A stretch of DNA of 63,580 nt, the filler included, from Choristocarpus tenellus KU-1152 (Eukaryota > Protista > Phaeophyceae), in assembly GCA_964200185.2 (NCBI GenBank). It is 13 parts of 13 records of this genome, joined end to end, with 100 filler letters (N's around TTAATTAATTAA, not from the genome) between each part and the next. Parts side by side here need not be neighbours in the genome. Positions count along the whole stretch, not along the records: positions 46,718 to 60,899 come from CAXNAD020001261.1; positions 61,000 to 63,580 come from CAXNAD020026571.1; 11 more parts are not named here. One strand, written 5' to 3'. The position numbers and the translations under genes were made by a program. A model generated the notes under the pieces. The model saw only the letters and a program-made list of their open reading frames with translations. It was not told the origin of the DNA and searched no databases. Below are positions 59,255 through 63,580 of this stretch, in pieces (the first letter of the stretch is position 1; each line of letters begins with the position of its first letter).

Positions 59255-60899
59255 ATGAAGACGATCGAGGTACGGACAGTCTTAGCACAAGTGACCCGCT
59301 TCAAATCCGAATCCCAACGATTCAACATTAGGGTAGATGGCATAGGTTCTGATCTCGATGAGGCCTTAGCTCTCTTGGCTCTCGACTTACGCGGCCAAAG
59401 CGACACAGGTGAGAAGTGATTGACATAGAGGTCAATTCCACGTTTGGCTTACGTCACCCCGTGCGCTTCGATGCAACTCTACATCATAAACCCCATCTGT
59501 CTGTCTCTCTCATGTATGCTTGGTGCCAGGGAGATTTGGAATACCTCGGATCATTTTTGACTGGGTGACTGGTGTTATCGTCAAGTTAGCTGGAGGGTTG
59601 AAACTCGAAGGAGGGGACAAACAGGATCACGAACGCCATTTTCAGAATGCCCGTCGCTGGATCCTCGACTCAAGGCCATGGGAAACATTTGCGAGGTCGT
59701 TGGAGAGTGTAATCTTCTCCGACCAGAGCACCTTAGTCTCCCAGAGTACCGGCCTCGCAGTACTGCAGGCGGCAATCTTCGCAACTCACAACGCCCAGTC
59801 CGACGAGGGTGACGATGAGACTGTATGGGTGCCATACTCCATCGCAACCTTGTGTGGACTATCCTCGGCTAGCCTACCTCGCGGGGTGCCGAGAAGTCAA
59901 GCTAGGGAATCTGAGGGTGTTGGCGACAACGGAAAGGTGAAAGTGAGGATCGCTGGAACAGGGGCGGCATCCCCGCTACGAGTTTCTTTGGATGTCTACG
60001 TCACATTCTTGGTGGAGGCAATGCAAGGACACGTGAGCTTGATTACCCAACGAAAAACATCCCGGGGGTCAGCAATTTCTAGGCTAAGAATTTCAGAGGA
60101 GGTCATCACACTGCTCCTCCGATTCCACATCGGCGTGCAGAGGCAACAAGTCAACCAGCGGAAGGTGCCATGTCTGCTGTCCCAACTCGCTGTATTGAAG
60201 GACACCTTGCTGTATGTGCCTCTGGAATGAAATGGGTGTGGGCAGCACCCGCTCTGTGGCTCAATATTTCATCCAATTACCCTGGTCCACACTGATTCTG
60301 CTGAATGCACCAAATGTGTCTTCTTACCAGGTCTTCTCTGCCTGCTGCCTGAAGATTATGGGTCCTCTTTTTAAGATCATCGGTGCACATGAAACTGCTA
60401 TGGACATGGCTCAATCTGATGCTGCTGACGGTGTCATCTCCAACCTCCAATCACCCGATTCAGGTCGGGCGGTACTCTCAGTTGCAACCGCTGTATTGTG
60501 GGATGCTCTTTTTCACGAGGAGCACCTAGAGGGATATCGTTCCTTGTTTGTGGTACCATCGGTGGGAGGTGGAGGAGCTGATGCTGACCAGACCTCCACT
60601 GATGTGGCAGCCTCAAAGGCAAAGAAACGTCGCTACAGTCGAGGAAGCAACAGCGCCTTCAATGGATCCCGCCGTGCATGCTACCAGCAAGAGTTTCTCG
60701 AGCAGTTGGGGCGACTAGTGGGTAGGACAGAGGGAATTGCAGCGGGTGGGGGGAGGCAAGGGGAGGGAAACCTAGAAGAGTCATCAATACGAGCAGTACC
60801 ACTTCTTCTTGAGGGGTATATAGTGCGCCTTACGATGGCACACCACCGCAGACGAGAAGACGAGAGGGGTTTTGTTGAGGGGGGGCTTGAGGGGAAGGG
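59255..60899 (+). CDS. Large helical protein, 5' part, possibly URB2/Npa2 ribosome biogenesis factor
   Basis: Three long, splice-compatible exons. IIFDW..W and ALFHEEHLEGY..CYQQEFLEQL recall URB2 motifs. The coding status is well supported; the family call is tentative. Confidence 0.55.
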
Positions 60900-60999
60900 N
60901 NNNNNNNNNNNNNNNNNNNNNNNNNNNNNNNNNNNNNNNNNNNTTAATTAATTAANNNNNNNNNNNNNNNNNNNNNNNNNNNNNNNNNNNNNNNNNNNN

Positions 61000-63498
61000 C
61001 CCCACCCTTCAGAAACCCCATCATCCATCCCGTCCTCTCCCATTGGGGTACCCACTGCCATCGAATCCCCTGCCTCACCTCCCTCAGGCCTTGGCGTCTG
61101 GACCCTGTGGATAGGAGTCAGGCCTGGTGTTGCAAAGAGGCCAAGCCCTTCCCCTCCTTCATCCCTGCCTCTGCTCTCGACCCCAGCAACTTCACCAACC
61201 CTTACATCCCTTTCCATCCCGATTGCAACCCCAATACCCTCCTGGCTAACCCTGTCAACTTGGGTATCTCCACAAGGCTCAGACTTCACTATCGCCCCCG
61301 CAATCACCCTTTCCCCTGCCCTTGTCCCCTCTTGCCTGCCCCCAACACCAGAGATCAACCCTGGACCTGGACCAGGACCTATTGCAGGAGGAAAGAATGA
61401 TCCCAGTCTCGTCCCTAGCTCTCCTAGTCCGCCCCTTAGCCCCCCCCCGCCATCCCTCACACTCTCACTCTCTCCCCACTCCCCTTTCACCCTGCCGGCT
61501 GCTGTGACTGGGGTAGTGAATGCACTCTGGACACCAGCCCCAAACCTTGCTGATGATAGCCCATGAGCGGATGCTGACAGGGGAGGTTGGTGCTGCAGGG
61601 GGTCAAGGGCAGGGAGGGTAGGAGGTTGATTGGAGGCAGCGTTTATGAAGAGGGGATGGCGGAGAGAGTGGGGGAGACATGGGTATGGACGAATTGTGGC
61701 ATTGGGGGTGGAACTTAGTTTGATGAGCCAAAGTAACTGAGAGGTGGGGGCGCTTTGACTGTTTAGAGTTCCAAGGGTTTTTTCCCAGCTTTGTTCAAAT
61801 AAGAATGAAGGCAAACTAAAAAGGGTGTCAATAAAGCTATACCTTTCTTTTTCAAACTTAACTTAGTCATAACACAGTCAAAAAAGCATTCTGCAGCTGT
61901 GGACTGAGTGGCCCAAAATATGAGCCATCATAATGCTTGAGGGGGGCTGTTGAAACTCAGTGGCACCCTTCCCTCTGTTTCTCTAATACCCATTTATAGG
62001 CGGATTAAAATAACCAAATCATTGACCCACATGACAAGCTTCGACGCTCTAAACAACACGTTTATCAACACAAAGCATGGAAACACACTCACACTCACAC
62101 ACATTGCAAGATACACAGACACAACGAAACATATTCCAGTAGTACTACTTTTTCATTTTTTTTTTGTCACCAACTGCATGTTAAAAAAATATTAATGCAA
62201 ATACAGGCAACACACTAGGATCACAAGATAGAGATACACACAGGATGCTGCGGACTCGAAAGAGGACTAACACATTGCTTCATGAAGGTCACAGTGCCTT
62301 CCTCTAACATACAGACCTCATTCTACAAAAGGGGGGAGTGCGGAGGAAGAGGCTAGGGGGGAAGTGGGACCACCAACACACCTGCCGGGAAGTGATAGCT
62401 GGGCTGTCAAAAAGGTGTCTTCTGCTAGGGAATGGTGCCCCTGCACCAGAAACTGCCCCCACCCCAGCCTCTGCAAGGAGGTTTAATCGTTTTCCCCTCA
62501 ATGGCGTAGAGATGTGAGCTGTTGTCCTTGGAGGAGGGGGAGGCATTCGTACTGTGGGTGGAAGACAAGGCCACCATGTTACAGCGAATATGGGTTCAGC
62601 ACCGGGGGGGGGGAGGGCTAGGGTTAGGGGGTGATAGGGTGGGATTGGAGCAATTCATATGGAGACAGCGGGAGGTTAGGATACTATGGCGTCACCAACA
62701 TCATGTCCTCTAGTCTCTGATCCAATGGCAACAGCATCTGAAGGAACAAACTGAGAAACAAATAAATATACAAAAAAAGAGGAGGAACTGATGGCCATAC
62801 CCAAGATTTTGCTCCCCCTCTGCTGCCCCCCCCATCCCCCCGCCCCCCACGTTTAGCTTTACTTAATACATGGAATGTTCTACACCATAACGTAGAATGC
62901 ACAAGCGCTACAAGGTGCAGTACCTGCGAGGTATCCACCACCCCACTACTCCTTCGCAATAGCTCAAAGTATGATCCGCACAGAAACACCATCGTAGCTT
63001 GTCGTTTTTTGCTTGCCCTCAAGTCAATTCTCAATAAACAAACCACGACAAGCGAGCAACTATTCTGACAAGACGGGGTCGATAACATACGCCCACCGAT
63101 GTTATTGTTGGGGAAGAGACACTCAGCAGAAACGGTATTATTATACCACCGTCCGAAATCAATGAACACGACCTTGCGCTCATACAGGCCAACCCGGTTA
63201 CACAGCACCCCCTTTCCCTTCCTCCCCCAAAATAGAGAGTCCGCAAAAAAAAAAATCTGCATGTATATATATCCACTCCCAGTTCCCTCCCCAAGATTCA
63301 TTCATTACGCCTTCCAAGTTCCCTCACTCTTCTTGGCAGAATCATCCAGACCGTGCCCATAGTAACCCTGCACATCGACCTCTGCACCGAGCTCGCAAAG
63401 CGCCTGAAGGGACACCCACATCAGAGGGTCCAGATCCAGGCTCAGTCGAAAGTACTCCTCAGCGTTTTCTCGTCTACTTGCCCTGAGAGAGGCCAGCC
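61000..63498 (-). CDS. CDC27: CDC27/APC3-like anaphase-promoting complex subunit, internal exons
   Basis: AEEYFRLSLDLDPLMWVSLQALCELG matches the end of the N-terminal TPR block, followed by exons for a TP-rich disordered region (ISTPLR, FTTPV, FATPGLTP). Confidence 0.75.
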
Positions 63499-63580
63499 CT
63501 GTGAAGGGGGAGGGAATTGGGGGGGTCAGGGTGGGATGGGAGGGGGGCTGAGAATACGTTGGGTCAGACATGATAGTGGG

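Noticed and set aside
5952-60999. Regularly recurring TTAATTAATTAA flanked by Ns, superficially like an array or regulatory palindrome
   Set aside because: Identical 100-bp artificial joiners with six-frame stops. Any gene-cluster argument across them is invalid.
388-63571. Most short ORFs in the supplied track, including poly-Pro, poly-Lys and IYIY ORFs
   Set aside because: They are antisense shadows, intron read-through, microsatellite or homopolymer translations, or rely on non-ATG starts not applicable to this eukaryotic DNA.

Overview
This is eukaryotic nuclear DNA, not a prokaryotic locus. It is a concatenation of 13 unlinked short contigs joined by 12 artificial 100-bp spacers (N44-TTAATTAATTAA-N44), so adjacency across spacers carries no meaning. 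Intron-rich genes, bipartite plastid-targeting presequences, TTAGGG repeats and a SPAG1-like dynein assembly factor point to a photosynthetic stramenopile, most likely a brown alga or close relative (inference). Genes assembled by hand from exons: U6 snRNA, an LRR protein, a p300/CBP-type HAT (partial), SPAG1-like (partial), a Dot5/PrxQ-like peroxiredoxin (partial), a thylakoid-lumen FKBP (partial), CDT2/DTL (last exon), VPS15 (5' part), a nucleus-encoded plastid SecE, GST kappa, URB2-like (partial) and CDC27-like (partial). The first ~20 kb is mostly decayed transposons: RTE LINE, Gypsy, two Copia families, pogo-like, MITEs and foldbacks. I cannot support a wholly new multi-gene system. The strongest leads are the plastid SecE, a degenerate hammerhead-like motif, an apparent excess of AAG 3' splice sites, a dead single-MORN exon, a MITE family that recurs at contig breaks, and repeated compact divergent gene pairs. 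Exon boundaries and family calls come from reading the sequence and recalling motifs; no searches were run.
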